Notes: a model not told the origin generated them from the letters alone. Shown: positions 22,689 to 36,409, counted from the stretch's first letter. The stretch: DNA of 64,000 bases from Podarcis cretensis (GCA_951804945.1 OX638155.1:47740001-47804000); one strand, 5' to 3'. Translations and numbers: made by a program.

Positions 22689-22815
22689 AACCAAATTACT
22701 CTGCATGGGAGAGTGACGCATTTGGGCAGATACGTGTTTGTCATACAGTTTTACCAGCCGGAGGTCCCAACATTTCCTGTACACGTGACTGTAGATGGAG
22801 GACGACTCTGGTCAG
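22689..22815 (+). CDS. LAMA3: LAMA3 exon ~28 (NQITLHGRVTHLGRYVFVIQFYQ...VDGGRLWS)
   Basis: acag|AAC...TCAG|gtgagt, 127 nt, phase 0->1. Confidence 0.94.
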
Positions 22816-22908
22816 GTGAGTTGGGTTTTACATGGGTTTAGATATTTTTAGCACGTTTTGAGTTTTCACAGTTTTCATTTTATTTTATTTTCCATTTGTC
22901 TGTTTTAG

Positions 22909-23048
22909 GGTCTTATAATGCTTCATTTTGTCCGCATATTGCTGGATGCCGAGGTTTGGTGATGGCAGAAAATCGAATTGAACTTGACACCCCTCAGCAT
23001 GATATCTCAGTCACTGTGAAAATTCCTAATGGAAAAATGCTTGTGTTG
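22909..23048 (+). CDS. LAMA3: LAMA3 exon ~29 (SYNASFCPHIAGCR...KIPNGKMLVL)
   Basis: ttag|GG...TTG|gtaggg, 140 nt, phase 1->0. Confidence 0.94.
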
Positions 23049-24039
23049 GTAGGGTTTGTTATATTCAAGACAATTTAATTATTATTATTATTATTTAAAA
23101 ACTATTAATTTAACAAACTAACTAAAGTTATATTGTCACCCAATTCAGAAGTTCATTACAAAACAAATGCAAAAATCAAACTACAGTATAAAACAATGCA
23201 AACTATTAAAAACTTAAAATACATATAAAATACAGGTTTGCTTTTTTAAAAAAACATAAGAGGACCAGGCCAGACCATAAGACATACATTATTTAAATAG
23301 CCTGGGTGAACAAAAATATCTTTCCCTGGCACCAAAAAATCACAAAGATGGCATCAGGCAAACTTCGAAGGGATGGTTGTTCTATAACTGGGATACCACT
23401 ACCAAAAAGGCCATTTCCCTTGTGGTTACCTGCTTCACTTTGTTTGGCAAGGACACCTGGAACAGAACCTCTGAAAAAGATATTAAGATTCTGATAAGTA
23501 CCTATGGGAGAAGGCAATCTTTCAGCGAACATTGTCTCAACCTAAAGTATTTATCTCTGTAAAGGTTAAACCAGTTCTTTAAATTAGGCTCAGAAACAGA
23601 CTGGGAACCAGTGCGTTTGACAACATACAGATGTAATATGATCAAACTTCTCAGTCAATAAATCTGTAGCCCTATTCCAGACCAATGGTGATTTTCTAAC
23701 TTTTTAAAAGCACAGCACCACATGCTATATACATTGTAATAGTTTAAATGGAAAGTTACCCAAAGCATAGGTAACAGTGGTATAGCTGTTTTCATTCAGT
23801 TATGCAGGCAGCTGCTGCAGCTTTCTTTCAACCAGGGAAGATTCCTTTTATCTGGATAGAGATAGACAAATTACAATATTTTGTGACTTAATAATTATAA
23901 AATGTTTTAGTGCTTATAACCACACATCCCCATGATGTGCTGAATGAGCTGGTTGTTTAGAATTACAGTATTATTTTTTAAAAAATACAATTATCCACCC
24001 TCTAGTAATTTCCAGTCTACAGCTATTGGTGTATGAAGG

Positions 24040-24480
24040 CCTGCTTTGAAGACTGCTTAGAAACAGCCGTTCAAAACATTGCCACCGTGGCACCAAATGA
24101 GACAAGATGTTGGTTGAGAACACATTTCACCAAATCTTTAAAGAGCTCCATTGACTTCTGGTCTGTCTCTAAGCACAATTCGAAGTGCTGCTTCTCATCT
24201 TTAAAGCCCTCCACTGCTTAAGACCTCTGTATTTTGAGGGAATGTCTTTCCCCCCAATCATCTGTTTCTACTATATCAAGCTGTTCCTCAGGAGCTCTTC
24301 TGAGTGCTACCACTATGTGGCTGCAGGTGGCAATGGAGAAGACTTTTTAGACTGTGACGTCCTGCTTGTGGAACTCTCTCCTGTGGGAGTCCCTCCTGGT
24401 CCCTACATTAACATCTTATAGGCACCAGTGAAAAACCGCTTTATTTCTCCAGATTCTGTTGTGTTTTCTGTCTCTGCTGT
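24040..24480 (+). mobile_element. Degraded L2-like LINE 3' fragment
   Basis: CTTTAAAGCCCTCCA and TGTGGAACTCTCTCC motifs typical of L2 3' ends; boundaries approximate. Confidence 0.45.
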
Positions 24481-24715
24481 GATATGTTTTATTTATTTCT
24501 CCTATTTTATTGGGTTTAATGGGCTGTTGTTGAGTTTCAGATGGAGGGTGGTATGCAAAATAAAAATACTTTAAGGCCCTTGTTTTCTGGAGCTCCTATC
24601 AGTGCAGTGCAAGTACCGTTTGCATACACATTGCGTTGAAATGAATGGAAATTGGAAACAGTGCTTGGATACTTAAGATTAAACATACCATTTCATTTCT
24701 TTATCATTTTTAAAG

Positions 24716-24831
24716 GAACGTGTACTGGCTGTTCCAGCAGACAGCTACAGTTATAGACTTCTTCAGAAAGACACTGTGGACAAGTCATTTGATTTCATCT
24801 ATCATTGTGGTGGGAACAGTTTTTACATCAA
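24716..24831 (+). CDS. LAMA3: LAMA3 exon ~30 (ERVLAVPADSYSY...DKSFDFIYHCGGNSFYI)
   Basis: aaag|GAA...AA|gtaagt, 116 nt, phase 0->2. Confidence 0.93.
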
Positions 24832-25114
24832 GTAAGTCAGCCTCATATTCTGCGACACCAAACACATCTGCTATTTATTATATGGGTGCCAGTTAGCTAG
24901 TTAATTTATTTTACTTCCACTGTCTATGTAATGTTGCAGTGGGGAACCTGTAGTCCTCCAAAAGTTGTTGGACTCCATCTCCCATCATCCCCAGCCAATG
25001 GTCAAGAATGATTTGAGTTGTAGTTGAACAACATCTGGAGGGCCACAGGTTGCCCACTGTGGTGTTCATGGTGCTTTACAAATCACAGTTTACTTTTTTC
25101 TTTTCTTTTGACAG

Positions 25115-25326
25115 CCCTGCCACTTCCTCAGAATTCTGTAGAACGTCTGCAAGGTCACTTGCAGCTGCCTACAATGATGGAGCACTGCCTTGTAATTGCC
25201 ACAGAAATGGGGCCACCAGTCGCACTTGCAACCCTGTGGGAGGGCAGTGCAATTGCAGACAACACATCATTGGCCGCCAGTGTAGCAGGTGTCAAACAGG
25301 CTATTATGGATTTCCCTTTTGCAAAC
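25115..25326 (+). CDS. LAMA3: LAMA3 exon ~31 (end of LF, start of LEb; FCRTSARSL...GYYGFPFCK)
   Basis: acag|C...AAAC|gtaagg, 212 nt, phase 2->1. Confidence 0.95.
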
Positions 25327-26910
25327 GTAAGGATGTCTTTAATAACTCTTGGGAGAGGTCATGTGCTGCATTACACGTTTTTGGAATGTTGCCTAAAGTG
25401 TTTAAAGTTTCATTCTGTATTTCATTCCAGTTTTATTTCCCTTAAGTTTATAGCCTGTCCTATCAGTGGTCATCTATATGCAGGTTTTTTAAAATGACCA
25501 AAGCAAATACTAATGCAGCTATTACATTTACACAAAAAGCCTTGGTTCCCTCTCTTTGTGGGTTTTTGAGAAATTATTATATTATATATGCTTGTACTAT
25601 TGGAGTTCAGATGTCACTCTAAACTATGTTTTAGCAAGATGTAAACGAGCCTAGTATCCTCTTGGACTAACATGCTCCCCGATTCCCTCTCTATGTAAGC
25701 ATTCGGAAGCTTTCTCCTCTGCTTTTTGTTAACCACAGTTTGTCTTGCTGCCCAGACCAACCACAGTTTGTCTTGCTGCCCAGACCAACAAACTGTGGTT
25801 AACATTTAACTATGGTACTTTAAAACCATGGTTTTTGAAGCTGACTTTTTAAAGCTAGCCTTAGAGGAGGCTAGGCTCATTTATGTTTTGCTATACAATA
25901 GTGTAACGTGACATCCAAGTGCATCTGTAGTAATATCAACATTATTTCTGTTAATTGTTTTATATTGCCTTTTTGTAAACTAGTCATGACAGTTTACAAC
26001 GAAGCAGAACAATAAAGCAACAGTATCATAAAAGCATTAAAGCGATAAAGCATAACTAACAGCATTACACGCAGTAGTAGGAGCACTAATACTGATTTAA
26101 AAGGCCAGTTGAAAAGATATGTCTTGACACATTTTCTATCATGGAGAGAGACTGGGTACTGATCTCCGCTCTGAAAGGAGTGCATGCCACAATTTGTACC
26201 TACTCAATATCTGCTCCTAGCAACAAACATGCACTTTCAAGATATATGTCCCCCAAAGAAAGCCATTATGTGTATGGTTTCAAATAGTGGTTTATCATAT
26301 AGCTGTAACTGTTATATGGCATCCTGTCTTCTCACCATTTCCCCTTATTTCTGATTTAAGTTGTAAGTCCCATGCTGGCATGAAGCTGGTTTAGAGATGG
26401 GGCTTCAGAGGAGAGCTTTGGAGAACACACTGGGCAGATCTCAGTAGAGAGAAAGAGGTAGAGGGCAGTGCAGCAGTGCTGGCCTCTCCAGTTTTGAGGT
26501 CCAGGTCTGTGTACAGCTGCAAGTCTTTCTTGTCTGCAAGGCTTTCAAGTCTTTCTTGCGCCTCAAAAAACCCAGGCAGCAGAATTACACCTTCATGTTC
26601 TTCCCAGTACTTGATGAGATATCTGAGATGTTGTCTTTTTCTAATTGTATTTTATTGTGCTTTTCGTGTTTGTTACTTAAAAACCTAATTAGAAAAGCCT
26701 AATGCTTGTCCCAAAGAACTACTTCCTGTAGCATATATATGTTTCATTTTTCACTTTTTAAACTATTTTAAGACCATTATATGATAAAGTTGATATGAGG
26801 CAAAACAAGCTCTAGTGGTTGCTTTTTTTAACTTCTATTCAAATTTAAATGAACTTGCATATACTGGTATACAATATTATTCATGTGTTAAATGGTTCTC
26901 TCAATCCTAG

Positions 26911-27115
26911 CATGCAGCTGTGGGCGGCGACTTTGTGATGACATCACTGGAAAGTGTATTTGTCCTCCTCAAACCGTTAAGCCCAGATGTGAAGTGTGTG
27001 TGAGGCAGCACTTCGGCTATCACCCCCTCACTGGCTGCGAGGGCTGCAATTGCTCAAGGAAAGGCATTATTAATCCGGGAAATGCTGAATGTGATAAAAT
27101 TGTTGGGCAGTGCAA
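26911..27115 (+). CDS. LAMA3: LAMA3 exon ~32 (LEb; CSCGRRLCDDITGKC...ECDKIVGQC)
   Basis: ctag|CA...AA|gtaagt, 205 nt, phase 1->2. Confidence 0.95.
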
Positions 27116-28240
27116 GTAAGTCCATATTATCAGACTACAGTTTAAACTTCCACGTTTGGGGGGGGGGATGCAAGGGAGAGAAATGGGATGGAACAAGAAG
27201 CCCTTTTCTTCAAAATAAGCATCTATGCAGTGTTAATTAATTTCTGAAAAGTGGAATGCCTAGGAGCTTTAGTGGGTGCTAAGAGGTTGGTTTACTCTGA
27301 GAAACAATTTGTGGGAGACAGTATGCTTTATTGTTGGCTGTATGCGTCTATTATTTATATACAATATCTGTGTCCCACCCAATAGCCACAGTTCCCTGGC
27401 CTGCATTACATTATGTTATGAAAGAATAAGTCTTTGAGCTTCCCACATATGAATCAAATTTGCCAATTGGCCTATATCATTTATGGTGGTGATTGGGTGT
27501 GTTTGGGAAGAAAGACGCTACCACCATCAAGCAACAGTTGAGGAAACAGGGGATCCTGTCACTCTTACCTATGGACCTAACCAGAAGAAAATGGGATGGG
27601 GGCTGCTGGGTTAGCTCCATACAGACATGTGACTTCTAAATGACATACACTTCGGGCTGGTCAGCAGCCACATGTCTGCTGGCACAGAGCTACTGTCTTT
27701 CCACAGCTTCAGATCTATGCAGTGCACCAAAGCTCAAAGTCCCAATTTAGTGTGCAAATTTGCTTTTATTATCAAGATGTATGGATATCGCACTTCAACA
27801 CTGTGCGTATTGTGCCTCACCTGTGTGCAGTGTTCTTATCTTACTTGACTTATGTATACTTCAAGCAGAGCTTTGAACCTTGTTTAGTCCTTCAGGCTAA
27901 TCTGTTATTCAGACATTTTAAAAAATGCCATTGCTGTATACCACTGTGAAAGAAAGCAATGAGTTTTAGTAATGAGGTCTTCACTTGAAGAACAGCATTC
28001 AGTTATAGCTGACACTTCTAAATGTTTGTTCCAGCATGTCCGGCTTTGATGCCTAAATTATATCTAAGAAACACTAGTATTTTATGACATCACGGTGTGA
28101 TATTTATTTGCTAATGGAAAACTACCATATACACTGATTTTAATACTGTTACATAAAGACTCTTTCATTGGCTCACTGAGTTTCCAAAAAAGCAAACCTT
28201 TTTTCAGAAATTGTTTTTTGGTTTTATTTTGTTACTGAAG

Positions 28241-28385
28241 ATGCCGCATAGGAATAACTGGTCGACGGTGCGATCGATGTGCTTCTGGTTCCTATGGTTT
28301 TCCAAACTGCAAACCCTGCGAATGTAACAGAGAAGGAACAGAGCCAGATGTTTGTCATCCACAGACAGGAGTTTGCCTCTGTAAG
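28241..28385 (+). CDS. LAMA3: LAMA3 exon ~33 (CRIGITGRRCDRCASG...TGVCLCK)
   Basis: gaag|A...AAG|gtcagg, 145 nt, phase 2->0. Confidence 0.93.
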
Positions 28386-30193
28386 GTCAGGTGCTTTTGC
28401 ATTCAGAATTGGTGCGACTGTAATTGCCAGGAGTTTGTCCTTAGTTAACTAGTGATGATTACTGTTCCCATGATTTCTGAAGGAATAATAAAATTATTAA
28501 TTAGCTGTATAGCATTTTCCATGTCTAAATTACCATAATATGAAAACAATGGTAATTCTTAAATGGAGCTAACACTTGTGAGCTTCCCAAGGAAACATTT
28601 GTTAGTACAATACCTTGGTTTGCAATCAAGCCTCGGAAGGAAACATGTAGCAACACTGCTGTTCCTTGAGTGTCTATTTCACCATTCGTCCCTTATTTCA
28701 GAGGGAAGCAAATTCACCTCCCACCTAAATCAATAGAAACACTTCAACTGGATTGTTATTATACAGATTGATCAAGAGGAACCCTTGTGCAAAAACCATT
28801 CCCCCCCCCCCTTAAATACTCTCTACTGCCAGTAGTGCAAATGGTGCTAGGAAAACCCACTTCCGTTGTCCTGGGGATATTTGTGTACACTGCTCCAATA
28901 TCTCGTGTGCACTGCTTAGCACATTTCTTGGACTCTGGTTGACAAATGCTGGGAGAATGTTGCTAACTTCACTCCAGCTGCCCACTTCACTACTAATCAT
29001 CTAGTAATGGGCTCAGTGAATGTAGCAATGCATTTGCGGGAGTTACTCAGTTGTGATCCCACATTAATTCAGCTTCTGGCTTATAGTATCATAGAATTTG
29101 GGGGCTGGAAGGGGAGCCTGAGGATCTAGTCCAACCCCTTGCAGTTCAGGAATATGCACATGGTCCCGTATATAAAGTGTTAACTTGATGTACTAACTGT
29201 TCATTGCCAAACTTTAATAGTACTTCCAAACAGTCATTTCCAAGAGTAAGTACAAGTGCAAGTGCTAACTTTCAACAATCCATTGAGTTTCAATTATCTT
29301 TTTCTAGGATGATTAATTTAGTTGTCTTATCAGCTGCACATCACATATATTTGGTATTATTGTAATTCTCTGACACAGTGGCTATCACACACATAGTTAG
29401 GCTCAGTCTTTAAACTCAGAACGACTGTATGTTGATCTTTGCAAATTCCAAAACAAACCTCTTGGACTAAGGTTCAAATCAGAACATTAGTTGGTTATTC
29501 ATCAGCTTTTACAGTTCCTGAGTGTTCTGACACATTGTTGTTCTTGGGTCAAAGATATCCAAGTGCATTTTAAAATGCATATTTTGCAAATTTCGGTGCA
29601 GAGCTTTAAAATAAAAAAAAATGTGGATCAATGTAGAAATGGAACAGAACAGACTTATGGGTGAACACATGAAATAGCAACAAGGACCAGAAATAGATGG
29701 ATTTTTCTCATCCCTGCTTCCAACTAGATCAAGAGCCGCACAATATTGTGTATTGTGTGCGTTCAGTGTGAATCAGTCTGTGACTGACAGCAGTCAAAAT
29801 GTGTGACAATCATCCACAAAAAAGGTTTGTTTGGAAACACCTTAATTTTATTTTATTTTAAATAATATTTATTCAAAATTTTGAGAGTTACAAAAAGAAG
29901 AAAAAAGAAAAATAAAAAAATAAAAAAACAAATTTTAATGCACACAAGCATAGTATTGGCGAAGCTGCTTGTTATGCACTCAAAGGAGCAAAAGCATATG
30001 TGTGTCATTTGCTTGAAACTCCTTTCAGAAGGAGACAACCTCATTTGCATTTGTGCTACTGTGTACTGAAAATCAAGGCGATGAAACAATGTTATGTATT
30101 ATTTTGGATGTATTTTACAGCTTTTTTCATGTGTATATTACTGCAGGAGCTTTATGTGGAAACATTTAATGACTTATTGCAACTGACTTATAG

Positions 30194-30334
30194 GAGAATG
30201 TTGAAGGTATTCAGTGTGACATGTGCCGCCCTGGGTCGTTTTATTTGGACTCTGCTAACCCGAAGGGTTGCACCAATTGCTTTTGTTTCGGAGCAACCAA
30301 TATTTGTCGCAGCACAAATAAACGTAGGGTTAAG
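30194..30334 (+). CDS. LAMA3: LAMA3 exon ~34 ([11 protein letters not shown]...[10 protein letters not shown]...KRRVK)
   Basis: atag|GAG...AAG|gtacgt, 141 nt, phase 0->0. Confidence 0.94.
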
Positions 30335-30653
30335 GTACGTTTGCTGTAAGTTATTCTTTTTTCAATCACTATTTTAAGGGTGCAACTAGCAGGAGACCTG
30401 ATTGGATTTCCTGTTTGCTTAAATTCAAAGTAGCTGTGGCATGGGGAAATTAGATTGGGCTTCGGTGCCATGAAGAATTTACACACTTCACTTTCCCCAG
30501 TCTAAATAGCCCTCTGCCTGAAGGTGCTGCTTAACCTGCAGGAAAAAACTTATAGGTGTGCTGCTTCTAACCTCTTCTTTAAAATGAATGACCCAATCAT
30601 GGATCAAGTCTCGTCTAGTTTTGTGGCCTAAAATTAAAGACTTATTCCAATTT

Positions 30654-30907
30654 CAGTCTTACCTTGGTTCTCAAACACCTTGTGACTCAAATGTTTTGGC
30701 TTCCGAACGCCACAAACGCCAACAAAGTAAGTGTTCTGGTTTGCAAACTTTTTTTGGAAGCCAAACATCTGACACAGCTTCCGTGGCTTCCGACTGAGTG
30801 CAGGAAGCTCCTGCAGCCAATCAGAAGCCACGCCTTGGTTTTCAAACATTTTCAGAAGTCGGACAGACTTCTGGAATGGATTCCGTTTGAGAACCAAGTT
30901 ATGACTG
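30654..30907. mobile_element. Tc1/mariner-pogo-type MITE (older)
   Basis: Inverted ends CAGTC..ACCTTGGTTCTCAAAC / GTTTGAGAACCAAG..ATGACTG. Confidence 0.65.
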
Positions 30908-31537
30908 AATTAGAGTCACTGTTTTTATGTCTGAAGTTGGGGGTGTGACTTTGTATATACATGTGTCTTTAAGATGTATTATTCCCCTCCCCTTTATGCC
31001 ATTGTAATTTCTTAGAACAGTTAAGGCTAATTGAGGCTGCTGTTGAGTTTGTGGCTGGTACTTTTTTCTTCAGCCTTTGGCAAACTGTTGATTGTTCACT
31101 GTGAACAGAAGCAATAAGCTTTGCACATCACTATAAGACACAGGCTATGTGTTCCACTCACCGTAGCAATCCCTGTGACAAGCCTCTCAACCCCTCCGGA
31201 CACATAGTTTGTCAGCACTTGTGAATTGGGTGGCTTCCCAGTTCCCATTCCTTGTTGTAGTGGGGCTGCAGAAGGGTTTCTATATTGTGATATGGCTGGT
31301 GGGTGTGTAGAACCTCAGTCTACTGAATGCAGTAACTTGCCTGAGACGGTTTGTGGTGTCACACAAAACCAGGAGCTGTTGCTCATGGCAAAGAGTTGGA
31401 AAAACTTCTCACATGAGGCAAAACAAAACATTTCCACCAGAAAACAGGTAGTCATGCGCATTAACTCTATTGCTCTGGGAAAACTGTATTCAGTATAGAA
31501 ACTTCTCTTAGTGTCTTATTGTCTGTTTCACTCTTAG

Positions 31538-31702
31538 TTTGTTGATATGAGGAACTGGCACCTAGAAGCTGTGGATAATGGCATGAGCATCCCTGTAACT
31601 TTCAATCCAGGCAGCAACAGTGTCGTTGCTGATGTTCAAGAACTGCCTCCCTCTGTGCACAATTTATACTGGGTAGCACCACCATCTTACTTGGGAGAAA
31701 AG
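31538..31702 (+). CDS. LAMA3: LAMA3 exon ~35 (L4b; FVDMRNWHLE...WVAPPSYLGEK)
   Basis: ttag|TTT...AAG|gtacat, 165 nt, phase 0->0. Confidence 0.94.
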
Positions 31703-32310
31703 GTACATGTCCCTCAAAGCTGTATTCAGAACATTGTTACCATCCAAGGTCAATAGCAGGGCTGGGTGATATATTGATATACTGTCCAAAACTGGTTTGA
31801 AGTCCATATTTTGATATTGGTTTCATAATTTTTGACCTGGCATTATATCACAAGGCATGATGTGTGTTAGAGCTGGGTGAATGAATGAATGAATCCATTT
31901 ATTTTGCTCACTGACCAGATTGCAACATATACAACAACAGAGAGCATATGAACATAAATAGTTTAAAATTAAGCTTGTATCCTTAATTTTATAGCAGCAG
32001 CACACAATTTAGCCACTTTTAAGGTACAGTAATCTTTGGTTCCCTGTCCTTTATTAAGTATTTTAAGTAATAATCATCAGTTCCTCTTGGGGTTATGCCT
32101 GTAGAAATGCCTTCTAAAGATGCATGTTTCAGAATACATTACCCCTTTCCTGATCTGACTGCTTCTGCACCTCCATTAATCCTGTGTTGGTAGCACTGGA
32201 AATGTTCTTCCAAGGGTCAAGGTTCTGAGATAAGTGTGCTCTGAATACTTAGAAACCATGTCATAAGTTCTCATAATAATTCTCACCATCTCTTTAAATA
32301 TGTTGTTCAG

Positions 32311-32412
32311 CTTTCTACATATGGCGGCTACTTGAGCTATCAAGTTAAATCCTTTGGCTTGCCTAGCGAAGGCATGACTCTACTGGAAAAAAGCCCCGAT
32401 GTGCAGCTTACT
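32311..32412 (+). CDS. LAMA3: LAMA3 exon ~36 (LSTYGGYLSYQVKSFGLP...PDVQLT)
   Basis: tcag|CTT...ACT|gtaagt, 102 nt, phase 0->0. Confidence 0.94.
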
Positions 32413-32967
32413 GTAAGTGAAAGTTGCCTGTGAAATCAAGAGTCTTCCTGTTAAACCATTTTTAAGGGTTGCTCTGCTTTGTTCAGGTGGCATTTTCTCC
32501 TCTCCTGCTTCTCCCTCTCCCTTTCCTGCTGCTGACTTTATACAGCCCCTGTTGGGAGAGGCGAAAGCCTGAAACGTGTTTATTTGAATGTGCCATCTTT
32601 ATGACCACATGAGAATAAATCTGCTGGAAAGATGGCTTTAGCTTTAGCTGCAAGGAACTGGAAGATCACACATTAAAATAAACCTGGGATTTCCTGGTTT
32701 TGGTATTTACTATTTCTTGGAAGAAAAAGTTGAAGCCAGTCGAGAATGAAATGTGTAAGCTTAAAGCCTGCTCCTAAACTTTCTCCAAGAACCGTCCTGG
32801 TCTGAATAGAGTTTTTACACTGTTTCTATTTTACAGCATTCTAAAATGATGCAATAAGCTAGCTAATCATTTATGAGATACCATACTGTACTTCCAGGGT
32901 GGGGAACTCATACAAATGCAGCTCTCTAGGCACAGGTCTGCTCTTTAAAGCATCATGTCTGAGTGCT

Positions 32968-33035
32968 TCTTCTTTTCTTTTCTTTTCTTTTCTTTTCTTT
33001 TCTTTTTTTCTTTTCTTTTCTTTTCTTTTCTTTTC
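32968..33035. repeat. (TTTTC)n microsatellite
   Basis: Direct inspection. Confidence 0.9.
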
Positions 33036-33627
33036 TGCCTCACCATTTCTCCCAGGAAAGCCTGCTCTTTAATGCTGAATTGGAACAAAGAGCAATTCAG
33101 GTTTCCCACAGATTGCCATTTGCTCCGATTCAGTGGTAAGAAGTGGATTTTTCCATAGGGCCAAAAAAAAGGGGTGGAAGCACCCAGACATGTAGCTTTA
33201 AAGCACAGACCTGTGCCTAGAAACATGGCACAAAAGGAAGTCTGGATGAGCACTGGGTCTCTCTAGCTGACCCTTGGGGCTCTCCTCAGGCCACACACCC
33301 TGGCTGGAATGTGTCCCTAAACTCTAATAATTCCTCCTGATGGCCTGGATGGAGGGTAGAGAGGAGTGGGTGTAGAAACTAGACTGCTATACAAAAGCAA
33401 GCTTGGCATTCATTGCTTCACTCACTTTTGCCCCTGGCAATGCCACCCTCAGCCTGAAAAAGGTTTTCCCCCACCACCACTACTATACTTTAATGTTAAC
33501 TACATTTCTTTTTGTTGAGATCTAATAACAACTGAAATATCTCTCAACTAACGCAGTTCTGTAAAGCATGCTAATTCTGCACATTGAATATTATACTGAT
33601 GTTTGGAATGGTAATGTTTTTGCACAG

Positions 33628-33711
33628 GGCCACCAAATGAAATTAATCTATGTGGATCCTAACAATCCTTTGCCCGACAAACAGTATTATGGATCAGTTC
33701 GGCTACTTGAG
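33628..33711 (+). CDS. LAMA3: LAMA3 exon ~37 (GHQMKLIYVDPNNPLPDKQYYGSVRLLE)
   Basis: acag|GGC...GAG|gtaaga, 84 nt, phase 0->0. Confidence 0.92.
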
Positions 33712-35331
33712 GTAAGACTGATAGAATTCCCTTTCATAAATCACTAGCTGACATTTCTGCTTATTTTATAGCACAGCATCAGAAACAGTCTTGCTTCAAA
33801 GTACACTTTAAAGGCCTCAATTTTTAATACTCTTATGAGCAGGTAAAGCCCACTGAAAAAAATTTGCTTAGGATTAACCATGCGTAGGATTGTTCTGTTG
33901 TTTCCTTCCTGTTGTAAACATTTGAAATTGAACAAATGTGAAGAAACTGTGTTGCAAGTGTATTCTAATCAGGAAAAGAAACCATACAACAAAGAGAATA
34001 TCACTATGCATGCCAGGTGAAGCCTAGTTCTCCAATAAGGAACTGAGAATGTGAAGCATAAATGGTATATATGAAGTTGCTGTATCCTGAGTTAGATGGT
34101 ACGACTGGTGCTTACTTGAAGCATAGAGTTATGAGGGCGTCATGTAGGCACTGGGACCTTTCCCTAATCTGTACTGCAATGGGGTCAAAGTAATGTGTGA
34201 GTTACAGTTGTGATTAATTCTAAGGTTCATTAGTTGTGGAAAGTGAGTGGTTTTTTGCTGTATATTTTCCTAACTTTTCCTTTGTATGAGACTGTTGAGC
34301 TTGGTGAGCCTGTATACTGGAGATGGTACAACCCACTTCCCAGAAATACTTCTCCAGTATTTATCTCTCTCTCTCTCTCTCAACTAAATTAAATACTTCC
34401 TGTTGTGCTGCACCTGGACTTCTCACAGCCCAAGGAAATATAACACTTCTGAAAAGCCAAACTCTGGAAAGGGCTTTGCCTCATTGTTGTCCAGAAATAG
34501 TGTCATTATTTACAGTGAAACAGCTGCTTGTTCCCGCAGTCTCAAAGTCAAGTTGGGTTCTTGTCAGGCTCATGCCTGAACTTGAAAAATAAAAGTACTT
34601 TTGAGTTATATTCTGCCTTCAATTACATATGTGCTTGCAAATGGTTTGAGGCCATTGCAAACAAATCTCATTTTGATGCATGAGGTTTCCTCTCAGGCAT
34701 TTGTAGTCCAGCCTACAACAAACTCTGTCAATGAAGTGTGGATGGATGAATGTATTTCCGTCCCATGTCAGTTTCACATGATATTTAAATATATATTTTT
34801 GAATGAGTTTTCTCATAGAATAGCACATTTATTAATGTATTTTCTCTCAAGTGTGGATTTCTAAATGTATTTTATTACAATGTATGCATATATGCAATTT
34901 GGTATGGTTGTTGTTTTTTCTTTCAAAATTGGCACCCATTCATTGTTACTAATGAAACAGGAAATTTTCTGTGGAATAATTAAGCACTGGGAATTTTTTG
35001 CACAGCCCCGTGTCAAGTGAAACCTTTTGTTCCTGTCCTAGTTGACTTTGTATGTTATTATTGTAATCTGTCCTTATATGTCTACTTCTGAGGCTGACCC
35101 TCATTTATTTTACTTTACTTTACATTGTCTCTTGCTTGGGTTTCATTCTGCTAGTGTCCTTTTCCCTTAGGCTACCAGCACCCGTTGCTTCTTATAAAGC
35201 ATGGACCTGTTTTATTATTGTTATTATGTTTAATCTATATCCCTTTGCATGTGCAGCAGTACTTTTACACTGAGTAGATTGCTAATTACGGTAAACTTTC
35301 TCCTAACTTTAATTATATATTGAATGTGCAG

Positions 35332-35562
35332 GGAAACTTCAGACATGCAAGCAGCAACAGCTTGGTATCTCGAGAGGAACTGATGATGGTCCTGTCTAGA
35401 CTGGATGGATTACGAATCAGAGGACTTTACTTCACAGAATCTCAGCGGTTAACCTTGGGCGAGGTCGGTCTGGAAGAAGCCTCCAATGCAGGAAATGGCA
35501 TCGTTGCTTTTGATGTAGAGACATGCTCCTGCCCTCCTGAATATATGGGTGATTCATGTCAG
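35332..35562 (+). CDS. LAMA3: LAMA3 exon ~38 (last alpha3B-specific exon; GNFRHASS...CPPEYMGDSCQ)
   Basis: gcag|GGA...CAG|gtagga, 231 nt, phase 0->0. Confidence 0.95.
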
Positions 35563-36409
35563 GTAGGAAATTGTCTTTGTTTCTGCTCTGCATCATTCAT
35601 GACACACGATAACAGTATTGATTTAGCTATAGCAACGAGAGAGTCTTATTCATTCATTCTTACTGATTGCCTTAAAAGCGCAGGAGAGACGCGTTTCTGA
35701 ACAATTCTGAACAATTATGTTCCACCTTCATAGTGTAGTCCTCTTCATAGTGTAGTCCACCTTCATAGTGTAGTCCTCTTGTAGAAGTTGTACTTAATTC
35801 AGCTATTATATATTTATGGAGTTTTATAATTTATGGATTTCATTTTAATTCATTTGTGTGAACAAATAACTTCAAACATCCAAATGACAAAAATAGAACC
35901 AAGAAACGTTTAAAAGTAAAACCAATAAAATACAACCCAGTTTCTAAAGATGTGTGAAGCATAATATTTCAGCATTTCTTTAAAAATTCAGGCTGTGGGG
36001 GTTTTTTTGGGGGGGAGGAATGGATTCACACATATCCTGAGACAACTAGCTAGTTCCTCAGTTGCCAATCAGCAGGAGTGGTCATGCAGTAGATATGTCC
36101 CACCCACTCTGCCAAGACATCATTGCCACCAGACATTCCTCTGATCACTATTCTTCCATATTATGCCCCATAATGCTGTGTGACAGCTATTTTCAGAATT
36201 GTTCAGAAGTAAAGGAGAGGAAAAAATTGCCTAGTACTTAAATTTTTAATCTGAAAATCTGGATTTGACTGGTTTGATCTTACATACAGGGTGGCCTAGG
36301 AGCCTGAACCCATCCTCAAACAACATATTCAGGTCTCCCAGAAACCCACTGATATTGGCATCAGTGGGAAGGAGGAGAAGGAGAAGGAATTGGAAGTAAG
36401 GAGAAATAG

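Noticed and set aside
35695-35779. Short tandem repeats (TTCATAGTGTAGTCC x3) as a CRISPR-like or regulatory array
   Set aside because: Eukaryotic intron, no unique spacers; simple slippage duplication.
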